A DNA stretch of 32,000 nt from Rotaria magnacalcarata. Taxonomy: Eukaryota. Under the pieces are notes generated by a model. That model did no database searches. It saw only the letters and a program-made list of their open reading frames with translations, and was not told the DNA's origin. The stretch is from assembly GCA_905321285.1 (NCBI GenBank), contig CAJNRF010010171.1, forward strand, positions 100,756-132,755. The letters are read 5' to 3'. The stretch's first letter is position 1, and each line of letters starts with the position of its first letter. The position numbers and the translations under genes were made by a program. Shown here piece by piece: positions 12,855 to 24,734 of this stretch.

Positions 12855-15005
12855 TCAAACTTGACTAATAAGTAAAGCAGCTGAATGTTGTTGTTGTGAC
12901 CTAAATTCCGGTGATCGTTGACGTTGATTGATCAGCTTTTGTGCTCGTTGTCTAGCTGCTTCTACTTGTTCTTTTGTAAATCTTTTAACAGGCGGTATAG
13001 GTGGTGTGTTACTTCTTAGAAAAACAGCTTTTGTTTGTTCTTCAGAATTTTTTATACTAGATAGAGTTTTTCTTATTGCATTTCGATATTGTATTTCATT
13101 ATTATTATTATTATTATTACTATTATTTTGACTCGTTGGATACGATGGTGAACGTGTAATAATATCATCATTAAGATCAAATTCAGCCATCATTGTTGGC
13201 TGTTGATTTAATGGTAAACTCCAATTTTTTGGTCGATCACGATAATAAATTTCTGATTGATATATTCGAATTTTTTCATAAGGTTTTTCTTTTGACGAAT
13301 AATTATTGTTTAATTCTGGTAGAGAAACTGTTGTTTGTCCGTCAATTGGAGTATTTTGAACAGTTAAACCATTACGAATTTTAGATGAATATTTTGCTTG
13401 ATTATGTATATTCCAATTTAATTTTGTTGTTAAAAAAATCCATATTGCAAATATTAATAGAACATGAATTATTTCAAAAATAAATGTTAGAAATAGAATA
13501 GGTAAACGTGTTTGAATGTAAAGTAAAAATATATCATGCGCAAGTGGCATTTTACATGCTGTATATAATAATAAAATAATGATAGCTATTAAACTTGGAC
13601 AATAGTTTGAAAAACGATCATAGCATGAACGTTTATAATTTGATTTAAAGCGATTATATGCATAGTAATAAAATGTTATTGATGATATATAAACAAGAAA
13701 TTCAAGAAGTATATAAAGAAAAAATGTTGTATAAGGTTGATTCGATAGAAGATAACCAATATTATGTCGTAATTCAATTGTATTAAAACAAATATTTTTC
13801 AATAATAATTGCAATGCACAGTACATCAAACACCATTGTAAAACATTAAGAGCAATAGCAAATGAATAAAGTAGAGAGAAAATTTTCGATATTGACCAAA
13901 ACACATTTGGCTCACGTAGAATACAAATAAATGATGCAAATAGAAAATTTAATAGACTTAAACGTGAATAGGAATCAATTGAAAACGGTAGAGATGAGGT
14001 ATGCCGATTCAATGATGCAAAACGTTTTGTTATAGATATTGTAGGCGATGAAGACCAATCGAAAAGTAAATCAAAATCACTACGCCATAAAAATGCTAGA
14101 ACAAAAATTAACGCCAATTGTTTTTATTCTGCTATTCAATTTCTTTTTTGGAAAGACAATTTTTTTCCAATAGATAGGAATAAGTCTTTTAAAACCTATT
14201 GAATATGTATGTAATACATACTGTATATTTGTATTGGATGAATTCAAACTCATATGTGAATAGTATAACTGATTTTTTTTTCAATATTAAAACTAATCAT
14301 ATTTATAGGATATCGTTTGATATCATTCGATAAGAATCAGATGCATTAACAAATCGTTATCGAAGAATTTATTATGGTCTGATGCTGAAACATGTTCAGC
14401 TATTTCTATAACCTCTAGGATAATAGAATTATATCATCCCATGAAGATATTTGTTCATCGATAAATAATATCAAATCAATGTCATCGAACAAATGACCCG
14501 TTATTGACGAATGATCATTTTATGTTATTTTACTTAGCCAATAAGGCTTATTTTGAAAAGATCTTATTTAGAAATGTTTACCTGAATCTTTTAATCCAAC
14601 CATAATCTGTTTAGCATGAATAAGTACAGTTGATATAAGAATAAGAAAACTCATAATTAAATGTAAACTACTACTTAATGGAAAACAATGTCGCCATAAA
14701 TTTGAACATAAAGATATATCTTTTTTTTCTAAAACATCTATTGTTAATTGTTCATTATCATTTGAAAAATTTCCAATTTTAAATAAAGCTGGATAGATAA
14801 ATATTAAAAGAAGTACAAGTGATATAAGAAGACAAATTTTTTGTATTAATAATTCATATTTAGGTGATGATGCAGATATTGGCCATGGTAACCGATCATT
14901 ATAATAACATTGTTTTATACCGAAAAAGACAAGAATTAACTGAATTAATACAACTATAATTGTATACCATATACGAGAAAGACTTATGAGTTCGGTCCGT
15001 GCCAT
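12855..15005 (-). CDS. Multi-pass membrane protein (about 8 predicted helices) with long polar C-terminal tail, about 554 aa, family not recognised
   Basis: Exons (minus): 15005-14582 and 14095-12855, joined by a 486-bp GT-AG intron (donor TCAG|gtaaac, acceptor ttaatttttgttctag|CA, phase 1). Hydrophobic segments include IWYTIIVVLIQLILVFFGI, ICLLISLVLLLIFIYPALF, LHLIMSFLILISTVLIHA, LSLLNFLFASFICIL, IFSLLYSFAIALNVLQWCLMYCALQLLL, TTFFLYILLEFLVYISSITFYYYAY, SLIAIIILLLYTAC and LPILFLTFIFEIIHVLLIFAIWIFLTT. A tail of about 190 aa follows, containing NNSNNNNNNN and PPIPPVKRF and ending in LISQV-stop. Extra small exons inside the long intron cannot be excluded. Confidence 0.7.
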
Positions 15006-16794
15006 TGTCTTGACTGACTGATAATATAATTATGATATGCCCGCTTCTTTTCTTTCTAATGAACACTTCTCTCGCTTTTTTGCTCTTTTCTCTATTCTAT
15101 TCTTTTTCCATGCATTGATACTAGTGGACGTGGATGAATACACCAACAAAGTGCACATCTGTGTCAATCATCCAGTCGACTGACCGATCATCGTCATTCG
15201 TTTCTTTTTCTGCAATGGTATTTTACTCGTATTTGATACACGAGAGTGCATAAAAGATTAGAGATGATCGTTCGAACAACCTATCTAATTATAAATGATA
15301 TTGGCAGAATGATGAAACATTGTTCTATAAGTCAAATGACTAGTATATGTTTTTGTTTTCTATAAATATTTAGCTGAGGATTCTACAAAAATTTCTATTA
15401 AACTAAATACCATTATTGCTAATATTCAGTAGCTAATTGCGTATCGATTAATTGAATTTCGAATGTTGATGTGTTGATATCGACGTATGAGATGAAACCT
15501 ATTGCTCCCTAGGGTAAAGTTAGACAACAATGTTTTTTTGTTAAACATAACAACAAGCATTGTACTTGACCTTTTCAACAACATAAATAATTGAGATATA
15601 TGACCGTTGAAGTTTATTGATTCTTGAATAGTGATCAATCATTTTTGCGTTCTCATAAAATGAACTTCAATTGTTTTAGATATATATTTGACCGAACACA
15701 AATGAATACGCTTGTTTTAATGGTTACGGTTAACTATATCGTTTTTTGTTTGTTTCATTAACGGTTGTTTAAATTGAAGTTAAACTTCCCAAATGAATAA
15801 AATATTCAATAGATGAATTTTGTATATGTGTTATATAATGGATATCGTTCAGTCGATAAAACGATTCAACATAGTATGTCAAAACAAGTCACAAGAGGAT
15901 CAAGCAACATTTCAAACAGAAATAATAATAAAAAACAACAGTTAAATCAACAAATATCTGCTGTGAAAAGAAAAATATTGACTGTTATGACAAGCGAAGC
16001 GAGATTTGTATACATTAACTGAGAAATCTTTGTTAAGAGATTGTTCTGCTAATAAATATGATCTTATGTTAAATGTTCTTAAGTTTGAATACTATTTTTT
16101 ATGCAAAACAAGTAATGGAAAAAGTTTTTGTCCGAGGTTATTAACCCATTTTAATAGAATGAACTATTGAGTGAACATTGATCGTTAAATTGATTAATCG
16201 ATGAAGGAAACAACTAAGAAAATTTTCTATTCCCCATCGAGAATCGATTCGACTGATTGTCATATGAAAGTAACTAAGAATTAATATAATTACTTTTTTT
16301 TCTATCGTTCGGACAGTGCCAAAAAAAAGTAGATAGCTATGAATACTTCTGTCTCTTTTCGTTCTTAATGAAACTATAATTGGTTTTTCTCACTTCTGTC
16401 TTTGTATGTGATCATCATTTCCTAAGAGTATCAGTCCGACATATTTAGTACGCAAATAACGTGTTTTTTTTCAAAGTTATTCTGGTAACTAGTCTAGAAT
16501 TCTTCTATACATTGAGATATTTTATCAAAAGGTGAATAGAAATTCTATTATTTAATTTGACGACTACTTCAACTAATTAAATATATAATGTCAAACGAAA
16601 TAGAACATGTTGATCATTCTTATCGATGAATTCATTATTCGCTATTAATGAATTCTGAAGTCTTTTTTTTATTATTTTAAAGACAAATAATATCTGTTTA
16701 TCATCCAATATTGATTCAAAATGAACAATTTAGATTTTTAGTACTTTTTTTCCGATTTACAAATCACTTCAAAAACATACACCAATATCAAAAT

Positions 16795-17183
16795 ATGACT
16801 AACGAACATCATCCATCATGGTCATTCATTAGTCTTCGCTCTTGTACGATTTTGTTATGTATTTCGGTGGTCATCATTCAGGTGGAAAATAAATAAACAA
16901 AAAGAAAGCTTTTTTTTTCGTATATATATATATATATATAATACTTTTCTTTTAGGTTAGTCAAGCACTACACGATGATTTATTATCCTCATCATCGCTT
17001 GAAGAGAATCATGAACATCAATTATATCGTCGATCTTCAAAACAAGTTGCAAAAATGTTAGAATTAATGTTACAACGTGGCGAAATGCAAGTCGAACCCT
17101 ATCATATTCATAGATTTATCGGTAGAGTTAATCGTCGTAAAACTATCGATCAAATGAAAAATTCCATGATGAATTATTTTTAA
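16795..17183 (+). CDS. Small two-exon gene encoding a 104-aa signal-peptide protein (prohormone-like candidate)
   Basis: Exons: 16795-16881 and 16956-17183. The donor is CAG|gtggaa and the acceptor is cttttcttttag|GTT. The 74-bp phase-0 intron contains (TA)10. An in-frame TAG (16953-16955) sits immediately before exon 2, so its 75-codon open frame starts exactly at the acceptor. The product is MTNEHHPSWSFISLRSCTILLCISVVIIQ|VSQALHDDLLSSSSLEENHEHQLYRRSSKQVAKMLELMLQRGEMQVEPYHIHRFIGRVNRRKTIDQMKNSMMNYF. Exon 2 is visibly less AT-rich than its flanks. The start codon and exon 1 are less certain, and an upstream exon is possible. Confidence 0.45.
16921..16940. repeat. (TA)10 microsatellite
   Basis: Direct reading; it lies inside the proposed 74-bp intron of the small gene. 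Confidence 0.95.
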
Positions 17184-17532
17184 TTGGCTATTTCTTAAAA
17201 ACAAACACTAGTTCGTAATTATCAACAATTGAATGAAAGAATAAAAACAAAACAAAATTCTAATCATCATAATTTAATTTTTATTGAAAAAGAAAAAAAA
17301 TTATTATTTTTTTCTTTCATTTACTCATATCACAAATCTACACAGGAAAAAGAAAATAGCATGTCAATTTTTGTTGCTTTTGGAATTGAATTTTTGCTTT
17401 TTGGCATTGTCTAAAAATACACACAGAGAGAGAGAACAAAAGAAAAGGAGAAAAGCGTGCATCCACGCTAACTTTAGTAAACAAAAGTACAATAAAACTT
17501 GTTTTATGTGATGGTTTCAATAAAAGTTACAA

Positions 17533-17557
17533 ACACACACACACACGCACACACACA
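17533..17557. repeat. (AC)n microsatellite, about 12 units with one interruption
   Basis: Direct reading: acacacacacacacgcacacacaca. Confidence 0.9.
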
Positions 17558-17751
17558 ATGACAAGCCAATTTATAAAAGAAAAAAAGTTCGTGATATGAT
17601 AAAAACAAAGCATAAAGTTTGGACGGATAAGATAGATTTCAAAATTGAAACCTATGGAGTTGTGTCAATACGAAAACTGCACGATCGATCAATAACCTAA
17701 AATTAGAAAAAAAAGTGAATTAGATGATTTGAAAAAATAAATATTTCTATA

Positions 17752-20700
17752 TTAAGTTAATTTCTCAAACAAAGCAAGATCAAAACAAGAAAAAAAAGCA
17801 ACGAGCAGAATTTTCAGATGAAAACCCACATTATCGTCATCGTAATTATAATCGTTGTTGTTGTTGTTGTTTTGATTTGTACCAATGCCGATTTCGGGAA
17901 TGATTTCATGACTTTTATCAAGTTCAGAAACTTTCAGCGATATGGAGATCTTTATATACAAAAATAAAATACACACATAGTTAGATGTGCAAAAAAATGA
18001 AAGAGATGATGGTTCGATTAGTAGTATTCGCAGAAAAACACTCACTTTAGTAGGAGATGTTCGAGGTGTCTCGCAACGTGGTGGAGAGTAGCTTCTTCCG
18101 GGTGATCGATGAAGATTTGTACTAAGAATGAAATTGAAATTTTAATCATTTTTCTTTAACAAAAAGAGAGAAAGTTTTACTGGGAAGAAGATGTTTGTAT
18201 TCTAGGTGATAAACTACGATATCGAGACTCATAATCAATATGAGATGTAAGATCTGTTAATTTTCTTAAATCTTGAGCAGCTTTTTCTCTTTATATGAAA
18301 GAAAACATTGAAGCGATAATTTTATGTTCAGCATATATACGTTGTTTTTAAACTATACCTTTCTTGTCTTTCATTTGCTAGTAAACTTTTCAGCCTTTTA
18401 TTATCGGTTTCTAGTCCAATGATTTGTGTTCGTAAAGAAGCTATTTCTTTACTTTGACTTTGTCTAAATTTGTAAAAATAAATACTTTCATAGAAAAAAA
18501 ACAAATTTCAATATGAATATCATACATTTTAAGTTCATTCATATTTGCTCGATCTTTAGCTACATGTAGATCGCTTTCTTTTTCTTGTACTTCAATCTGT
18601 TTTTGAAATTCTTTGTCACGCAATGATGCAATAAGATCTTCTAGACTTAGTACGACAGCCTTTTCATTATGTAATTGTGTACGTAACATATCGATTTCAA
18701 TTTTCATATCGCTTATAGCTGATTGCAATTGTTCATTTTCAATATCTTTCGATGTTAATTGACGAACAAGTTGTTCTTTTTTATTCTCAAGTGTAGAATT
18801 AAGGTCGCGAATATTTGAAATTTCATTTAATAGATTTTGTTTATCAGATTGTAATTTTTTGATCATTTCTTCATTACGTTGTACTGAACGATTCATATTT
18901 GATAATTGAATTTCATATTCTTGACCGACAGATGCATGCTAAAAATTCAATTATTAAATTGAAAATGAAAAAAACAACAGATTTCACTTTGTTCATACTT
19001 GTTGAAGATCTCGCTCTAGATAATCAAGACGTTCTGTTAGTCGTTTTATGTCAGCTACTTTTATTTGTAATTCTTGTTTCAAATTATTAGCTTGCGATTC
19101 CATATCAGCTAATGTTATTTGTGCTCGACTTAATCCATTACTGGCTTCTCGATATTGTTCAACTAGAGCTGATCGATCATTTTCCTAGCAAATTATATTT
19201 TTTATTTCATTTTTATACAAAACAGATTGTATATACTGAACAAAACACATAGATCATTGTGTCTATACTATGAGTTATTGATGTGTGCACTAATTGGGAC
19301 TATCAAAACATTTTAGACGTGTCTGACCTTATGAATGTTTTCACATCTTTTGATTCGAACTGATATTGTTCAGTAATAAAATGTTTCATTGTACTGGAAA
19401 TCATGATACTAATCCTTTATCTCTTTTGATTATTAAATAAGACTCATAATAGTTCTACTAACTGCAAAACTGTCAATAGATCACGATGACCAATTTACTA
19501 TTCCCATATTGATAGACTTCTATATCTCAAGTGAAAACTTCTAATTATTTTTAACATTCATATTCGTACAAATATTCTTTTAGGCATAGGTCATCTTTAT
19601 TAAGTATTTATTTGTCTATTTATACCTTTTGTGCAATAACACTTTCACAATTGGATACTTGTTTGATATATTCTTGTATTTGTAATTTGAGATTATCTTT
19701 ATCATCAATCGTATGTTGAATTTCTTGACGAAGTGTCTACAAATAATGGATATAATATAATATAATATTATGTTTGAATTATGATCAACAAAATATATAA
19801 TAATTCAGCAAAGCGATAACAAATTTCAACTAAGAGATAAAAGAAGACCAGATTTTAATATTTAAAGCTCATTGCTTTAAGAAAAAGATAGATATAAATT
19901 GTTACGAATCTGATAAATACTTTTTTGAAATGAAGTATCTATATTTGCGTTGAAAGATAATTGATAATTTCTAAGTTTCTTACTTGATTTTCTCTTGTAA
20001 GTGCTAATAGATCATCTTGTAATCGTTTATTATCTCTTGAACCAAGATCATGTTTGCGTCGATATTCATTAGTTTCTTCAACGTTTCGATCGATTTGCAT
20101 TCTCATATTTGTCATTTCCTTTAGTTTTTGTTTTGTATCATCTTTTGCACGACTGAAAATAAAGCAATAGTAAAGAATGATTTAAGTTGAAAATTAAAAT
20201 TTACTCCAAGGCAGATTGTAATTCTTCTACCATCATATTTAGTTCTTCAATACGACGTGTTTTAGAATTCATTTCCTGTGTTAAATGTAAATTTTCTTCT
20301 GATTTTAGATCGATTTCACCACACAAACGGTCTTTATCTTTATCAAGTGTTTGAACAGTTGTACGTACAACTTGATAATCATCTCTGATAGCTTTATTCG
20401 ATTCTTGAAGCTCATCTAAAATAAGACGTTTTTGAAAATTATATTGTGTTCTTTTTGTTTGTTTGTGAAAATTTATATGAAACATACAAATTTTCTTTTC
20501 AAGTCGAATAATTTTTTCTTCTTGGGCACGAATTTCATCTTTTTTAGAATTCAATTGTCTTTGATTTTCTTGCACGAGACGTTCAGCTTCTTCCGATAAA
20601 TATCTCATTTGTGTTAACGCAGTTTTTTGATCATTTATTTCTTGATTTAATTGAGAAACTGTAAAGGATTGTTCGTGAACCTTATTTTCTAGATCTTGAA

Positions 20701-23700
20701 TTTGTTGTCGTAGTGAATGATTTTGTTGAACCATTTCTTCACGATCATTATCAAGCTGTTAGTTAAAAGGTGAAGAGAAAAAAACGATTTTCAATTTAGA
20801 ATAATTAATTATCGAAATTTTCTGTTTACTTTTCGTAAATCAACTTCAAGATCTTCAATACGTTGTTCATATCTGGCTCGATCGTTTAATCCAGTGTCAG
20901 TTGAAATCTTAAGGGAAATTTGAATATTTTCAGTAAACGAGACCGAAAGTGCTTTATTGTTTACTTACACGTAAACGTTCACGCAGAGAATCTCGTTCAT
21001 TTGTTGCAGTTCTTGCTTCGAGAATTGCTGAGCAAGAAAAATGTAAATTAATATATGATAATAATTATTTTATTAAACTAACCAGCATCACGTTCGTTTT
21101 CAACTTTACGTAATATTGATTGAACTGCAGGGGAAACTTTAGGTGTTTGAACATTTTGTATAAGATCGTGACGAGCTTTTTGTAATTCTTCTTTAACCTA
21201 AATCCAACGAGATTTTCAAGGAAATCAGTAAAAAAAGAAAATCAAAAACTAACTTGTTCGTAAAGAATACTTAAATTGTCTCGTTCATTACCAAGTACTT
21301 TTATGGTACCTTGATACTTGAAAAAAAAAAAGAAAATAAATATACATAAATAAAATAATGTGATCGACAGTTTCGTTTTTACTTCTGCTACACGTCGTTC
21401 ATATTTTTTTATTAATAATTGTAAGTCTTCATTTTCTCGAATAAATTTCGATATTTGATTTTCATCAACATCCTATAAAATAGAATTAGATATTTTTATA
21501 CTGTAATTATTATTAGAGTTTAAGTGTATTCTTAGAAATGATTGCTTTTTCTTTCACATAACAATAGTGAACTTATTTCTTTTGCAGCTATGCAAAGTTT
21601 TAATGGATACTACACTAAGTGGATTTCGATGAAATAAAATCGAAAGAATATAAATTTGGAATACTCATCATCCAAAATTCTCTAAAACATGAAAGCAATC
21701 TCAATCCATCCACATCTAGTTGAGTGTATGAAATGCTATCTTATTGCATTTTTTTAAGATTAAGTGAAAAGATAACGAATAAGTTTGCCTTAAAATTGAT
21801 AAAATAAATTAATCTCTATGTGATTAACAATGACTACTAAATTATGCGCATATTTCATAATTCAATTTTACAACGATTTTGCTGACAATTCTCTCTGTTA
21901 TATATACTCTTCGCATGTTTGGGGCAGAAATAATCTTTCGAAAATTTACGAAATTTGATCTTATGTAGTTTTTATGCCTAATTTCATGATTTTTCGATAG
22001 AAAAATATCTCTATAGATTGAAATTTAAATCGGTTGTGTGATATTTAAATTTAAAAATAAATCCTATTTCTGCAGATTTATTATGTTAAATTTACCTTTT
22101 CTTTAGTTACTCGTTTGTATTTACGAAGTTCTCGACGAGCACGGTCTCGTTCTTCCTCAAGGTTTCTTAATTGAGTTTCGTAAGAATTAAAATCCTTGAA
22201 AAAGAAAAACGAAATGATTGAAAACAATGATTAAATAATAAATATTTGTTATACTTTTGTTGGTGACAATCGATTTCGGTTTAATCCACAGACAGTACAA
22301 CGTGTCGGGGATGTAGCGCAACTACTAGCTGACCGTTTTACATATTGCATAACTGGTGATGTAGCCATGTCACGTCTAGTTGTTGAACGTGAAAGATTTA
22401 TGGGTGACACTGATCGGCCTCGTAAACGTGAAGGTGGTATTGATGAAAAGCCACGAGGACGTTCATTAAGTAGTCGTTGTAGAATTTCTACTTCATTTTT
22501 ATACATATCACGTTCATCTTCAACATTTTTTAAATGCATATCAAGTCGAGCTGGAATGGAAAATTTCTTTGCTAATGAACCAGTTGATGCTGACGCTGAA
22601 GTTTTTGCTGTACGACGACATTTTTGTAATTCTTGTAATAGCTCTTTTTCTTTAAATGACAAAAGAAATTGAACAATGTATTTTGATAGAAAATATTTCA
22701 TTTTGTTTCTCTTGAATTACCATTGTGAACAAGTTTCGAAATTCGTCTACTAAATTTTGTTTTGTCTGCTTGAACCCGATCAACAACTTCTTGTAAACGA
22801 AGAAGCTCATTGTGACATTCAGCATATTGATTTTTAGATATTTCGAGTTCCTCAATTAAATTCTTCTTATCCTATTTAAAGAAGAAAAAAAAATCATCAT
22901 TTGATTATCAAATTATGAATATGATAAACAATAATTATGTTGTTCAATTCATTTGCACAAATATTTTACGATAATTCTCTATAGGTACAATTGTCTTATT
23001 TTTACTGTTTCTAATATAACCTGTTGAGTGCATTTTGCCTATTATTTCGTATAGTCCTAAGATGTGATGACATTTTTTTTTGGTTCAAAACTACGACCAA
23101 GTATATCTTATCAGCACTCGAAAAGAGAAAAAAAGAACATTATTCAACACTATAAAACTTTTCGAAAAATACAAGATGCGATAGTTTACTCATTTATTTT
23201 TCGTTGTCAAACGATGCACGTCAGTGCAATATTCTTTCTATTAGGTGTTGAATAAAACATTTAAATGAGCTGTATTTATAATTGAGACTGGCGTCTGGTC
23301 AAGATGGCACTTAAGTTCAAAGTAAAGAATAAAAATTTAAAGAAATTCTCGAAAAACACTAAAGAAAATGCTTGTGTGCAGAGAGTATGTTGTAATCTTG
23401 TCAGTTACTATTGCTTCGCTTTAGTTATACAACTTCGTTCAGTTTTTAATCAAGAATCAAAAAAGTAAATAGAATCGTTCAGAAGGACAGTAACAATGAA
23501 TGCTTCACATTAGCCAACCAACATTTATTATATTAGAGATGTAGGCAATGCCTTCTTTGTTAAAATCACAAAGAACTATTTTGTTTACTTTGTCCATGGA
23601 TGATTATAAATGCTAGAGGTTTTAAAATAAAAGCTGTATTATTTTGACGCCAGGCAAAAATAATGAAAAAGATCATATTAGATTTATTTTTCTTTTGCAG

Positions 23701-24734
23701 ACATCTTGTCTTGCGTTTAATCCACTTCATCCGTTAGTAATCATAGAAAATAAAAAATAAACGATTATTTTTGTTCTTCTCTTTCAAAAAGAAAATAGTT
23801 CGCTAACTAGTAAAACATGGGATTCATAGAGATAGATTTAAAATAAGCTCGAATAAAATAAATCTATATGTTCTTCATAGTTTTTTATGAATTCATTTAA
23901 ATATCAATCAAAATAGAAGTTTAATAAGAACATACGGTTGTTAAATGGGTAACTTTATTTTCCAATGCTTGAGTTTCACGAAGGGTAAGTTCTATTTCTA
24001 ACTGAAATAGAAAGAATACAATAAGAAATTCATTTAAAATATATTCTTCTACATTACTTTAGCTTCAGCTAGTTCTCGATCAGCTGCTTCAACAGTAAAT
24101 TGTTTATCGGCTTGAACTTTTCGTGCAAGACGATCGATATCTTTCAGGTCTCGAAGAAGGTCGTCATTTTTCAGACGCTCTTCAAACTGTTGATTTGATA
24201 AATCACGTTTAAGATCTATCAATTCTTGAAGACTTCGTTCTAATGTAGCATTTCGTTCTTGTAAACGTTCAATCTTTTATTTTTTTCAAATAATCAAATT
24301 AAAAATATGTATATTGAAAACAGAAATTCTGTATATTCATATTTACTTGTGAATTTTGATGAGAAATGACCTTCTCCTTGTTTTTCAATGTAGTTTCAAG
24401 TGTAAGTACATCAGCGGAACGACTCACATCAAATGGACGATGAGGTCGCTCAGTTTCATGATCACGATTTCCAACCTATCAAAGTTCATTTTAAAGAAAA
24501 AAAGAAGAAGAAGCAAAAGATCAAATAATATTCTCAAATTAACTAGTTACAAACCTGATGAATGCTTGAGGAACGGAATGGAAGTGTTCCATTTAGAGTT
24601 GTTTTCGATCGTGATAGAGGACGATGAGAATAATTTGATGATAATGCAGATGTTGTCATTGTTCTCATTAAAGTCGAAACAGTATGAGCGTTGTGTAAAT
24701 CGGTGCTCGGACCACTACGTCGTGTAGTGTACAT
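17752..24734 (-). CDS. TSGA10: TSGA10-like coiled-coil protein (testis-specific gene 10 family), 22 proposed exons, about 1161 aa; 3' end uncertain
   Basis: Exons (minus): 24734-24555, 24475-24347, 24273-24058, 24001-23936, 22871-22721, 22649-22255, 22194-22096, 21472-21383, 21316-21254, 21197-21083, 21027-20969, 20907-20830, 20755-20488, 20415-20205, 20152-19984, 19736-19626, 19184-18999, 18938-18526, 18463-18359, 18288-18181, 18121-18046, 17949-17752. All introns are GT-AG and the phases chain throughout. Several segments are collinear with human TSGA10 as I remember it: LIKKYERRVAE|YQGTIKVLGNERDNLSILYEQ (human [32 protein letters not shown]), [31 protein letters not shown] (human [30 protein letters not shown]), YEQRIEDLE (human LEQRIEELE), EKKIYELQ (human KKKYELQ), LEDLIASLRDKEFQKQIEVQEKESD (human LEALLVANRDKEYQSQIALQEKESE). 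The last two exons (18121-18046, 17949-17752) are the least certain. Confidence 0.75.

Noticed and set aside
12928-13384. Two plus-strand ORFs (12928-13131 and 13193-13384).
   Set aside because: Both are antisense to the large exon of the membrane-protein gene, with junk-like translations including a poly-Leu run from the AAT/ATT repeat.
15215-15219. ATG immediately followed by GT (tgcaATGgtatttt), considered as a one-codon first exon that could splice in phase to the 16956 acceptor.
   Set aside because: It would require a 1.7-kb intron. A much closer in-phase donor at 16881, with an ATG at 16795, gives a typical 74-bp intron and a signal-peptide-like N-terminus.
18009-18019. A GGTTCGATT string resembling a tRNA T-loop.
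   Set aside because: No complementary T-stem, acceptor stem or anticodon arm can be drawn around it. It lies in an intron of the TSGA10-like gene.
22367-22672. A 101-aa plus-strand ORF (MSRLVVERERFMGDTDRPRKREGG...).
   Set aside because: It lies exactly antisense to exon 6 of the TSGA10-like gene. Its translation is low-complexity and it has no splice context. Antisense open frames over long coding exons are a common artefact.
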